This document shows positions 43,249 through 53,149 of a DNA stretch of 64,000 nucleotides, piece by piece (the stretch's first letter is position 1; every line of letters starts with the position of its first letter). The stretch covers positions 10,377 to 74,376 of the IMG/VR virus record IMGVR_UViG_3300029908_000017; one strand, given 5' to 3'. The DNA is from a virus. A program made the position numbers and the translations under genes. The notes under the pieces were generated by a model, which saw nothing but the letters and a program-made list of their open reading frames with translations, had not been told where the DNA came from and ran no database searches.

Positions 43249-43797
43249 TTAGGGTTCCATTTTACCAACATATTCGATCACATAATTGATATGATAATCG
43301 AATAATTCCTGTAAAGCTTGATTCTTGTCCGTGTCATCCGAAGGATTACATTTTGGTAGAATCGCCGAAGAAAACAATTCGGGAGCTTTACTAAAACCAA
43401 AATCATAGAAAATTTTACCAACGTATAAATTAATATCGGATGAAAACTCTAGAGCTTCATGTCTTATTAAATAATATTCAGCCAAAGATTTGATAATTTC
43501 TTCTATCTGTAAAGGAGAAACTATATCACCATCGGCAGGAACATTAGAAAGAATATGCCCACATGTCTCGTAGACATTCCAATTCGTCGCGAAATTATTA
43601 GATGTTAATACTTCTATCGCTGCATTTAATTTATCGACTTGTAAATCTTCCAAGGTTATAGCGTAATCCCGTTCAATTTCATCCCTAATCAATTGGTTGT
43701 CCCATTCCAAAGCTTCGGGGCCGTAATTACGTAGAAAAGCTATTAACAACGCAATTGGAGGAGCATTGATATCTGTATATATTTGAGCAGTAAGCAT
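43249..43797 (-). CDS. Hypothetical acidic helical protein
   Basis: 182-aa ORF. Confidence 0.65.
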   Translation of the reverse strand: MLTAQIYTDINAPPIALLIAFLRNYGPEALEWDNQLIRDEIERDYAITLEDLQVDKLNAAIEVLTSNNFATNWNVYETCGHILSNVPADGDIVSPLQIEEIIKSLAEYYLIRHEALEFSSDINLYVGKIFYDFGFSKAPELFSSAILPKCNPSDDTDKNQALQELFDYHINYVIEYVGKMEP

Positions 43798-43829
43798 TAA
43801 TTAATTTTAGTTATTAAAATGATGATTGT

Positions 43830-44777
43830 CTAGTTTACTGTTGATTCATTCAAACTAAGACCACTAGGCAAATCAGGTAACTCTCTCCAATATATAGGAT
43901 CTTCTCCTGAGTCCGTATAACGGGTGTTATCAGGTGTCACCCATCCTTTATAAGATGGATCACATTGACCTGTCATAAATTCAAATGGAGTGGAGTAATG
44001 TCCACTATCACGCACGGTTAGAACCCATTTTTTAAGGTCAGGTAATTTTACTTTAACGCTTATCCACCCGTATTGAATGTCAGTCATTTACACTTCTCCT
44101 CTTCCATCAGCCCTTCGCCTTCGGTGATGGTAATTTCCTTAACGGCGGTTACTTTATAACCAGGAAATGAAAATTTCAAAGCTTCTTCTCGTGAAGCATA
44201 TGGTCCGTGGATTTCAATATTTCCTAATCCCCTACCAATAATCTCGATAATCCAACAAGTTCGCTTCACCGGCTCTTTTTTGAGTAGAAATAAATCTAAC
44301 GTGCTTTCAACATTCTTCCAAAGAATCCCTTCCTCAGATACAAACTTGGGCGAGATTTCATTTTCAGGTAAAAAAACAACACGAAAATATTCTAGGGCTT
44401 TAGTAAAATGTGCCATTTGCATGACCTTCCCTCCATCTCTAGTCCTCACCCATTCAGGATGTTTGAGGACTTCTTCAAGTGGCTCGTCTGTGAAGGGGCG
44501 CAGACCGTATGGTATATCTTTTAATTTATTTTTGTTCATATCAATTCTCGTCTTCAATTCCTAATAAAGCACGTACAACTTCTTCATGTTCTCCCCAATT
44601 ATCGAAACGCTCATGACCCATGCAATTATCTCCTGAATCTCTTTGAGGGGCTATTCCCGATCCCTTGCATACACAGCATTTCCGAGTTTTCCATTTTCCT
44701 CCACAGGTTGGACAAAGTTTGCTGCTCATTGAGGTGGAGTAACCGGAGCTATTTTCTTCGTTCATAGTTATAACCAT
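43830..44777 (-). CDS. Three accessory genes (DUF551-like 43830-44087; 44084-44557; Zn-ribbon 44541-44777)
   Basis: WISVKVKLP..W.ELP motif; CPTCGG..CCVCKGSG motif. Confidence 0.6.
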
Positions 44778-45181
44778 TCCTGAAATTGGCTCTGCATATT
44801 TGAATAAAACAATTTTTTAAACCCTAACTTTTGTAATAATGAAGCACAACCTGAACACGGCTTACTATTATTCAACTTTCCATTTCGATCAATACGAATA
44901 TTTACAAAAGTAATATCCGAACAATCTTCTCTACCATATTTTAATACACACGACATTTCACTATGCGTACCAGTGGTGTTACCAATATGTACATTTTGAC
45001 GGTTTACATACCTATATTTTAAGTTCTTAGTATTAGTTTTTGAAGAGTTGACTCCAATCGAAACAACTCTGTTTTTTCGTAACATGAATGTTACATGGTG
45101 ATTCCGAATATCTTCTCTAGGATTTGGAGCCAACGCCCTGGCGATTTCCACAAGTTTATTAAATTTCGAGTGCCCGTTCAT
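44768..45181 (-). CDS. Cytidine/dCMP deaminase-fold protein
   Basis: SIGVN, HSE and SKPCSGC Zn-binding motifs. Confidence 0.82.
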   Translation of the reverse strand: MNGHSKFNKLVEIARALAPNPREDIRNHHVTFMLRKNRVVSIGVNSSKTNTKNLKYRYVNRQNVHIGNTTGTHSEMSCVLKYGREDCSDITFVNIRIDRNGKLNNSKPCSGCASLLQKLGFKKLFYSNMQSQFQEWL

Positions 45182-45500
45182 CTTTTAGATATATATTTTT
45201 ATCGGTTTTTATAGGTATAGAATTTTCAGCTTGTTCAGGAATTTCTTGTAATGTAGACATTAACTTTTTATAAATACTGGCAACCTGCTTTTGAGTAAGT
45301 CCCAGACTTACCGAATCGGCTATATTCGCTCGACTAAATGCACCAAAATTAGAATATTGGCGTAAATTGCTGGCTAACCCTGTCCCTGTGTATGCAATGG
45401 TTGTTTGATCTTTATCTAACCCTTGGTCTGCCCCAATAAATAAAGGATCATCATCAAAATATTGATTCCCTCTTACTCCAATGGGGTAGGAGATGGTCAT
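45159..45500 (-). CDS. Hypothetical protein ending IYLKDERALEI
   Basis: 113-aa ORF with the shared C-terminal motif. Confidence 0.65.
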   Translation of the reverse strand: MTISYPIGVRGNQYFDDDPLFIGADQGLDKDQTTIAYTGTGLASNLRQYSNFGAFSRANIADSVSLGLTQKQVASIYKKLMSTLQEIPEQAENSIPIKTDKNIYLKDERALEI

Positions 45501-45949
45501 ATTTCCAAGTCCCTTTCATACTTTAAATACAACGACTTATCTACTTTTTTTGTAATAGTTTTTACATTAATAGCAGTAGGTAACGAAGGAGAAACATTAA
45601 GAGAAGTTATAGGAGATGTATTCTCCGAAGTATTATGACCCAATAAACGCAAAAAATTATTGTCCATAGTGGCACGTATTTGATCTGAATATGCATTTCC
45701 AATAATCCGTTGTGCCTCAACATTGGCTAATGCCAACTGATTGATTATAGATATACGCTCTCCATATTCTCGATCAATTACTTCAAGATCATTGCTTGAA
45801 AATTGTGATCTCGCGTAGTCTATTAAATCTGGCTGATTTTCTCGATAATCGTCGTTATAAAGAAAATCACGTAACGTAGATTTCGGTACATGAACAAGCT
45901 TCGTACCTTTAAACGGTTTTACCGGGCATCTAGAAAGACCTGTTAGCAT
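45497..45949 (-). CDS. Hypothetical protein ending LYLKYERDLEI
   Basis: 150-aa ORF; N-terminal PFKGTKLVHVP is weakly DUF3820-like. Confidence 0.65.
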   Translation of the reverse strand: MLTGLSRCPVKPFKGTKLVHVPKSTLRDFLYNDDYRENQPDLIDYARSQFSSNDLEVIDREYGERISIINQLALANVEAQRIIGNAYSDQIRATMDNNFLRLLGHNTSENTSPITSLNVSPSLPTAINVKTITKKVDKSLYLKYERDLEI

Positions 45950-45983
45950 CTTTCCAATCTACTCCATGTAACTATATCGTCAA

Positions 45984-47030
45984 CTAGTTTATTGGTTGTA
46001 AACCAGACAATTCTTTGAACAACGCAACATCAGAATAAGGCATTGTTGGAAGTACCTCAACCAGACTATATTTATCGTTGTTATCTACATCAATACCAAA
46101 CGCCTGTTTATATATTTCAGGTTTAATATTTTGTAAATCATTTAAGCTATAATATTCATTACCTAACTTTACAGAATTCAATTCATCTGCAACTTTTTCA
46201 ATAGATAAACTGAAGATACGGTCAACGGGATCACCATAACGAGCAGCAGTTTTAACGTTATCATAAACACCTTCTTGTCGTTCCATCCAATAGCAGACTT
46301 CTGCAATTTTCATGAAATCTTCAATAGACTCCAAGCCCTCTACACTCTCAGCAAGTTTTGCATATACGTCTTTATTAACTGCTTCTTTTGAATAATGTGC
46401 ACGAGCGAATAACTCATTTTTTACTTCTCCAACAGACGGATAAAATAAGCCTGCATATTTACAAACGATATCAGGTAGTTCTTCCAATCCTGCTTCCTTA
46501 GCATGACTAACGAAACTTTCACAAATATCCTTACGCCATTCAAAAGGTATATTACGGTAATCTTTAGCAAATTGCTCAGAAGCTAATTTCAACTCTTCCG
46601 CTGTTTTATAAGTAAATAAAGGCAGATTAGTGCCATTTAATTCTGCTTCATAAACAACCTTTTCAGAATAATCGTTAGCCTCTTTAGTATTAAGCGATTG
46701 ATTATAAGCTTTGATGTCTTCGGTAATACCGAATAGTTCAGCTGATTTATTTAACCTATCCGATACTTCGGAGATATATGATTTATTATATTTTTTCTCT
46801 AATTCAGCTTTTTTATTAACAAAATGGACATTACTTAAATACGTAGCTTCTTTTGTGTGCTTTGGAAAAGCCCGATTATACTGATCGGCAAATGCTTCTT
46901 TCGGTAATGAAGTATAATCTGTTTTGTCCGAATATTCCTTTACATACTCAGGTATGACCGAAGCTTTTTTTAGAAATTTATGGAGTTCTCTAAAGGAATA
47001 ATCGGTAGTTTGATCGAAAGATAATTTCAT
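45984..47030 (-). CDS. Hypothetical protein (possibly virion/head-associated)
   Basis: 348-aa ORF with no recognised catalytic motif. Confidence 0.7.
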   Translation of the reverse strand: MKLSFDQTTDYSFRELHKFLKKASVIPEYVKEYSDKTDYTSLPKEAFADQYNRAFPKHTKEATYLSNVHFVNKKAELEKKYNKSYISEVSDRLNKSAELFGITEDIKAYNQSLNTKEANDYSEKVVYEAELNGTNLPLFTYKTAEELKLASEQFAKDYRNIPFEWRKDICESFVSHAKEAGLEELPDIVCKYAGLFYPSVGEVKNELFARAHYSKEAVNKDVYAKLAESVEGLESIEDFMKIAEVCYWMERQEGVYDNVKTAARYGDPVDRIFSLSIEKVADELNSVKLGNEYYSLNDLQNIKPEIYKQAFGIDVDNNDKYSLVEVLPTMPYSDVALFKELSGLQPIN

Positions 47031-47069
47031 TTTTATTGCAATTTATTGAAGCTAAAGTAAGTTATCGGT

Positions 47070-48371
47070 ATGTCTCTTAATCTAAATGATTTTAATACGA
47101 AAGTCAATCTCTCGAAAATCGTGGAAAAGGTTGCAGAACCAAATACATATTTCATAAAATCGGTTTTTCCATTTGGCGAATTTGCCTGTAACCATGACTT
47201 TAGTAACGTTTTTAATGTTTTCGATTTAATGGGTACGATTTATAACCCTGAACAACTATATACGCAGATCATCAATAATTGGCCTCAAGTATTGAGACAA
47301 CCGATTGTTTGGCGTGAGTATTCCAGAGATAAAATTCATAAAGAATGTATTCTTCAGCAGAGTTGGGCAAATATCGTCATGGAGGCTCAAAAAGAAATAA
47401 TTAATCATACTTACGTAATTCGTAAAGAAATAACTACAATTGCCAAACAATTTGAAGAAATGGGTTACTTTGGAGCAGTGATTAATGGAATGGGTCATAT
47501 ATCTCAAGATGTAATCAATAAACATTCTGAGATAGCGTGGAATAATACAATCATTAATAACTATCGTTATCCCGTTATTGTACCTTACTACCATACACCT
47601 AATAAAACGCATATATCATATATTGAAGTATTTGATGCGCTGGATTCTAAATTAACTCGAAAAAAGATATATGCCCCCAACTACCACGGGTTTACTGGAA
47701 AATTAACGAATGTCCTTCCTGACTTTACGGCCTTAATGCATCGAGAAGGATGTTTATGGGATTACACACTAGATTACTGGAACAACACTCCTTTACTAAT
47801 CGATAATGAATGTGGTATCGGTACATTACTAACTATTTTCAAAACCAATAAGACTACAAAATTTATTATTGACCCATTATCGATTATTAAAGAACGTAAT
47901 CTATCTTCACAAATTTACGAAAATCTACACATGCTTAGTCGAGAAGATATAACAATCATTCAAAATAAGTTGAATTTACAGGATATATATGACGATTGGT
48001 TAAAAATTCAGAATTATCAATATCTAGATGGAAGAACGATGTACTTCAAAAGTCCCGAAGGTTATTTTATGTCTAAATATGGAGAAGATAAGATTTATTT
48101 AACTAATTTTAGTCTAACTCGTAAAGGGCAAGAACTTCGAGAAGTGGGTAAACGTAAAATTGTGTTCTTTATTATCGAGGCTACTATGCATGATAAATCG
48201 ATTATATTAGAAGTACCTGAACATGTAATTAATTCCAAATCACGATTAAAATTATTTTTGATCAAGGAGTTTCATCGGCAGAATATGAATCCTCCTCGTT
48301 ATTACAAAAGAATAACGGCAAACTTATTGGAAAACTTTATTTTCGACTGGTTTGAGTGTCAAAATGCTTAA
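47070..48371 (+). CDS. Hypothetical protein
   Basis: 433-aa plus-strand ORF, divergent from 47030 across only 39 bp. Confidence 0.7.
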   Translation: MSLNLNDFNTKVNLSKIVEKVAEPNTYFIKSVFPFGEFACNHDFSNVFNVFDLMGTIYNPEQLYTQIINNWPQVLRQPIVWREYSRDKIHKECILQQSWANIVMEAQKEIINHTYVIRKEITTIAKQFEEMGYFGAVINGMGHISQDVINKHSEIAWNNTIINNYRYPVIVPYYHTPNKTHISYIEVFDALDSKLTRKKIYAPNYHGFTGKLTNVLPDFTALMHREGCLWDYTLDYWNNTPLLIDNECGIGTLLTIFKTNKTTKFIIDPLSIIKERNLSSQIYENLHMLSREDITIIQNKLNLQDIYDDWLKIQNYQYLDGRTMYFKSPEGYFMSKYGEDKIYLTNFSLTRKGQELREVGKRKIVFFIIEATMHDKSIILEVPEHVINSKSRLKLFLIKEFHRQNMNPPRYYKRITANLLENFIFDWFECQNA

Positions 48372-48573
48372 AGTATATCGGTTCGAACTCTTCATCCCAT
48401 TCAGCATATACCACATCATGAATGGTAATAACTAAAATATTGCCAACTTTATAAAGCACATATCTGCCTTTTGTAGTATCAGTAGAACTTACGAGTTCTA
48501 CTTCGGGTACTTTTAAATTCATGACCAACCGCTGTAACTGTTTATTTACTATATTTCGTTGTTTGATTTGCAT
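48337..48573 (-). CDS. Small hypothetical protein (start moved to MQIKQ)
   Basis: The start given in the track falls inside the terminator hairpin. Confidence 0.5.
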   Translation of the reverse strand: MQIKQRNIVNKQLQRLVMNLKVPEVELVSSTDTTKGRYVLYKVGNILVITIHDVVYAEWDEEFEPIYFKHFDTQTSRK

Positions 48574-48586
48574 ATTTTTATAAATT

Positions 48587-48629
48587 AAAAAACACACACT
48601 CGCCAAGGATCGAGAAGTCGAGTGTGTGT
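48587..48629 (-). terminator. Intrinsic terminator of the ncRNA
   Basis: ACACACACTCG-N16-CGAGTGTGTGT followed by a T-run on the minus strand. Confidence 0.8.
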
Positions 48630-48895
48630 AAAACTGAATATTCGTATCCGAATACCCATGTTTTAAGTTTACTTACAAAAGTGGTTCTCGTGTTGCATCA
48701 AGTCTACGCTCCGTTAACACACGGTCTACTTGATGCAGAAGGTCTATACGACCATCACGAGGCGCAATAGAGTCCAGGAATATTGCGCTAAACTCTCTTA
48801 CCTGAGAGAACAGGTTTTGTTTATCGAGGTAACGATAAGGTTGTAACTGTTTTTTTATTGTAACGATTCAGGACAGATAATCCCTCTTCGTTACA
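48587..48895 (-). ncRNA. Predicted ~305-nt structured non-coding RNA
   Basis: No meaningful ORF. It is bounded by promoter P2 and an intrinsic terminator and has about ten helices plus two complementary 6-nt loops. Confidence 0.8.
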
Positions 48896-48898
48896 TAT

Positions 48899-48936
48899 TA
48901 CTATACCAAATTATATCCGAATATTCGGAGGGGGGT
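48899..48936 (-). promoter_or_regulatory. Phage promoter motif P2
   Basis: ACCCCC-N23-GGTATAGTA. Confidence 0.8.
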
Positions 48937-48945
48937 GGGGTGAGC

Positions 48946-49937
48946 TTAAATATAAGGTATCACTTGAAAATCCGTATCCGCGTTAGAAGTAGTGGATACA
49001 AATGGAGGCCAAGAGGGTTTCAATGTTCCACGATTTAATCCTCCTTGTAGCGATTCAGGATTAGGACTAAACGCAGCATACTGAAAATCAAAATATGTTT
49101 TACCAACTAATAAAGTCCTGGGCTTAATATCGTTTAGTTGACTGACTCGCTCAACCGCCCAAATATCCAGTTCAAAACTTCCTGCAATCAAACAATCCGT
49201 ACTGGCATTGGGAATGAATACAACAAAATGATTAGGTACTTTATCATCTATGTAAATACCATTACCCAGACTTCCTTGCCACACAACTACAAGGTTATAA
49301 ACATTCGATTTTACAATCGCTTGTAGATTATATCTCTTAACGTCAATACTTTGAGTATTAATGAATAAAAATGTATCAAAAATAATGTCTTCTCCCTGAT
49401 AAAATACACCTGTCGATAAATCGCTACCTATATAGTTTGTTCCGGGTATCCCTGCTGTATTAATAGGATTTGGAGAAGGGGATGTATTATTGACTCGGGG
49501 AATAAACGTAGTTTTATTATATTGCAAACTACCTGCGTAATTATTTAAATTTATTGGAACAGATATATTTTGCGTACTAGCCTGACTTGGTTCAAAATTA
49601 GTTGGTTGATTTAAAGGTACAATTATAGACATACTTGAATAAGTTTTTTGGTAACTTGATCTTGTCTATAATAACATATCTGTTCAACATTCAACATACT
49701 TTTCATTGTCAAAAAATCCTGGTCGGTCATTGATGTCAAGGCTGTCTCCAATTGTGGACGTATTTGAGCATAGGGATTTGTTTTTCCTCCACAAGACGAA
49801 CAACCCGTTTTCGGTTGAGTATTTAAATGATTAATTAATGTACTCAACCGACTGAATGCTGGAATGGTCAGTAAACTTGGATTGTTATTCAACAGATGAC
49901 TAAGCTGAGAAGCGGAAGTGATAGATAACTTGCTCAT
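48946..49937 (-). CDS. Two hypothetical, probably virion-associated genes (48946-49632 beta-rich; 49623-49937 with GCSSCG)
   Basis: Overlapping ORFs with composition like the structural block. Confidence 0.55.
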
Positions 49938-49961
49938 CCTTCCAATATACTGATTAATAAC

Positions 49962-50040
49962 TAAAAAACAAATGAGAATATCTCAAATGTTTCCGAGACA
50001 GGGGAATTTACCCCTGTCTCTATATTTCGCTTGCGCGAAA
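49962..50040 (-). terminator. 3' hairpin cluster/terminator of cassette P3
   Basis: Perfect 10-bp stem GAGACAGGGG-N6-CCCCTGTCTC, two small hairpins and a T-run. Confidence 0.6.
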
Positions 50041-50388
50041 TTACCGGCTCTTGGAAAGAACCGCAGTTGCCTGCTCTTCTTCCACTTCAGCTTCGGTGGG
50101 TACCTGAATTTCCTCAACAATGACCGGAACTTCCGGAATATTGTCATGGACCTTTTGTACTGTGTTCTTGACCTTCTTCACACCCAGTCCAACAAAGCCA
50201 AGCATGCGAGTCTTGACGCTGGTGGCCTTGGCTTTGACGAGTGGCCAATAAGCCACGCTAAAGCCTCCAATAACTGCTCCAGCTGCCGCTGATGCTGCTA
50301 CAACAGTAGCCACACCAGTTTTGGTCAGAACAATGTTAGTCGAGGGGGTGTTGACATTGATCGTCAATGTATCGGTAGGGGTTTCCAT
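50041..50388 (-). CDS. Hypothetical protein with an Ala/Gly/Val-rich hydrophobic segment
   Basis: Has its own promoter P3, an AAGGATCA leader and a terminator. Confidence 0.7.
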   Translation of the reverse strand: METPTDTLTINVNTPSTNIVLTKTGVATVVAASAAAGAVIGGFSVAYWPLVKAKATSVKTRMLGFVGLGVKKVKNTVQKVHDNIPEVPVIVEEIQVPTEAEVEEEQATAVLSKSR

Positions 50389-50458
50389 ATAATGATCCTT
50401 TCGTTATTTTTGTTTACAAGAATTCACCTCACAAGAGATAAACCCTTCTTTGATATAC

Positions 50459-50496
50459 TACTATACCAATATACCCTCTATTCACCCAAGGGGGGT
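50459..50496 (-). promoter_or_regulatory. Phage promoter motif P3
   Basis: ACCCCC-N23-GGTATAGTA; nearly identical to P5. Confidence 0.8.
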
Positions 50497-50505
50497 GGGG
50501 AGGGG

Positions 50506-51489
50506 TTAAATGATACTTAATATCGCAAGTAATACAATACTGAGTATCAAACCAATTACTAATGTGCCAAACCATGATATTTTGTCCACGTTATTCCTTT
50601 GGGAAGTTGTTAGCTACACGGAAAGCAAATTCCATAGTCTGACGATTGAATGTAGCATAGCGAGCTCCTGCCTCAAATTGTGATTTCGCCTGATCGGTTA
50701 GTATCCAAAGTTCTGTTAACAACAAACGTTCATAGTCTGTTAAATCACTAAACTTGGGTGCGCGATAATTATGCTCATATTCTGATGGGTTCATATTATT
50801 TCTCCTTTAATATATCTTGTTGAAGACATTTCAAATCTCGAATTACTCCTTCCAAAGTCTCTCTTCTGGAAACACAATGGAAGTAGTATTTAGAGTCTGT
50901 CGTATAGTTCAAATTCTGTTGTATATCCAGAAGTTTTGTTACACTCTTTTCATAATCTATGATTAATTCATTTAAAGTCATATTTTATTCTTGGATGTAT
51001 CTAGATCTATTCCATTCAGAAAGCTGCATTAGTTTATATATAATCGGTACACAATTGTTTGTGTGATATAATTCTTTTCTACCTTGTACGTTAGCTATAC
51101 CCCTTCCTAAAGTTTTTTTACAAAAGAAGCATTTTTCTTTTTCATGCGCATTAATAAATTTTTCTGTATTCAAAACATTAAACCAATTCCATATATAGTT
51201 CTTCCGCATCTCTATATCTGGTTCCCATTCAAATTGTTTAAAAGTCCCGTTGATATCTTCTTTTGTTAAAAAAGGATAAGATTCTTTTATATCAGATGTT
51301 TTCATTTTTTACCCAACGAAATTTTTGTTTATTAAATACATAGCTATTACCAGATAAAGATAATATACAAACATTATCTTCCGTGTCATAATATTCTGCA
51401 CCAATTTGCTCATCAGGATATTGAGTTTTAAATGTTTCAAATTGCGTTAAAGAAAGTAAAATCGATTTTTTATAATTATGATTAGCCAT
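50506..51489 (-). CDS. Accessory operon under P4: 51292-51489, 50985-51305, 50796-50981, 50591-50794 and a 27-aa TM peptide at 50506-50589
   Basis: Coupled small ORFs. The last reads GTG-DKISWFGTLVIGLILSIVLLAILSII*. Confidence 0.6.
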
Positions 51490-51530
51490 ATTTGATCCTT
51501 GTTCTTGAGAACATAAGTATTCCCATTACT

Positions 51531-51568
51531 TATTATACCGATAAATACCCAATACACCTAAGGGGGGT
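51531..51568 (-). promoter_or_regulatory. Phage promoter motif P4
   Basis: ACCCCC-N23-GGTATAATA (canonical TATAAT). Confidence 0.8.
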
Positions 51569-51572
51569 AGAA

Positions 51573-52433
51573 TTAGAAGCTAGCGGGAAGTGCTGCCAAT
51601 GGGGCACATAAGTCGCTGGGTAATAGCGACAATCCAATAAACAAGCTATGCGTGTTAGCAGGCTCTCCAACGTTTATGCTGTCATAAAATGGTGAGAGAG
51701 TACTGCCCAATATTAAATTGATATTTACCCCTCCCGAAATATTATAAGTACCTGTACTATCGGGAGGAACACCATTAATAAACGAAACAATCTCTGAACA
51801 ATCCGTTAATTCAGGGTCAATGAACTGATCACTGCAACTTAAGGGTATTCCGTAAGAATTACCTATAGAAAGATCAATTTTATTGTTTGTTGTATCAAAA
51901 TCGATACCAAAATTATAACCTTCATAAAATTCGATATTACCTACTAAATTTGGTGAGACTTGTGTACTTAATGGTAATTGTGGTGAGTAAAAGAACAATC
52001 CGTCGCTTATATAGTTGGTTTCTACACTCAAACTCGTTACACCCTGCCAATCATTGGAAAATTCATGTACTAATGACGGTTCTACATATAAATTTGTAAA
52101 ATTACTGACTCCCGTAGGTATACCACTCAAAAAATCTGCGTTTATCGTAATCTGACTGCCATTTGTACCTGAAATGTATTGTATACCTGTTAATGACAAA
52201 TTTACTGAAAAAGTGATGGAATCCGAGAAAACAAATGAGATAATGCCACCAGAACTTGATGTATACATCAAGTTTGTAGGAAAAACGCTTAAAGTTGAGG
52301 TATACATCAAGTTTAAATCCAAAATCAACGAATTTGGTAGCACATACCCCGAATCAGCAGTTTTATTGGTATTCGTTAGAAACGGATAACTCCGAAAGCC
52401 ATTTTCATCAAGAAATTCAAGTACAGAAGGCAT
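51573..52433 (-). CDS. Baseplate/tail-associated structural protein, paralog family member
   Basis: LEFLDENGFRSYPF start and INGVPPDSTG; start moved to MPSV. Confidence 0.65.
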   Translation of the reverse strand: MPSVLEFLDENGFRSYPFLTNTNKTADSGYVLPNSLILDLNLMYTSTLSVFPTNLMYTSSSGGIISFVFSDSITFSVNLSLTGIQYISGTNGSQITINADFLSGIPTGVSNFTNLYVEPSLVHEFSNDWQGVTSLSVETNYISDGLFFYSPQLPLSTQVSPNLVGNIEFYEGYNFGIDFDTTNNKIDLSIGNSYGIPLSCSDQFIDPELTDCSEIVSFINGVPPDSTGTYNISGGVNINLILGSTLSPFYDSINVGEPANTHSLFIGLSLLPSDLCAPLAALPASF

Positions 52434-52434
52434 A

Positions 52435-53148
52435 TTAAAATCCTGAAGTATCCACAATCTTTGATGGATTGGAATTGGGTTGTGAACCTACGAGCGTAAC
52501 ATTCAGACTACCAATACCATCACCACTAATCTGTATTACGTCACTACTAGCTATGAAAATATTATTATTCACGGGTGACATCAAGTTTATCTTTTTCAAC
52601 GCCTGAAAACTGGTAGTTAATGGAAATTTATGATTACCGACGGCGTTAAAGGTTATAAAATTCTTATATATATCATTATTGGTATTAAAAAATACTGTTT
52701 CATCTGTACTTGAAGAGGATAACACGATATTACCAAATAAATTGTTCAAATAGAAAACACCTGCTTGTTCATTGATCGATCTTACAGTAGAAGCAACAAA
52801 CAGTAAGTTATAAATTACTTTTTCACCTACATAGTTATTCCATAATGTATTAACGCCATCTGCAAAAGTAATTCGACCAATATACCTCGTACCTACCGTT
52901 AAGCGTATATAATTAAGTCCTGCTAAATAATCCGCTTGTTGTAAAACGAAATTGGATGTGCCTGTATCGTAAGTCAGGTTTATCGTCAAAAATGTCGAAC
53001 TAACCTCGATATAGTTGATTAAGGGGACAAAGTTGGCGAATTGTTGGAAACTTGCATCCACAATTACGTTGTTCAAAGGCGCGTCTACAGTAAATGGATA
53101 AGCGGATAACGCATGCTCATTTTCCCATTCAATAACTTTTGCACTCAT
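52435..53148 (-). CDS. Baseplate/tail-associated structural protein, paralog family member
   Basis: IEWENEHALSAYPF and INLMSPVNNN; start moved to MSAK. Confidence 0.65.
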   Translation of the reverse strand: MSAKVIEWENEHALSAYPFTVDAPLNNVIVDASFQQFANFVPLINYIEVSSTFLTINLTYDTGTSNFVLQQADYLAGLNYIRLTVGTRYIGRITFADGVNTLWNNYVGEKVIYNLLFVASTVRSINEQAGVFYLNNLFGNIVLSSSSTDETVFFNTNNDIYKNFITFNAVGNHKFPLTTSFQALKKINLMSPVNNNIFIASSDVIQISGDGIGSLNVTLVGSQPNSNPSKIVDTSGF

Positions 53149-53149
53149 A

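Noticed and set aside
48587-48895. tRNA, tmRNA or self-splicing intron
   Set aside because: No cloverleaf, T-loop or CCA end, no tag ORF, and it does not interrupt a gene.
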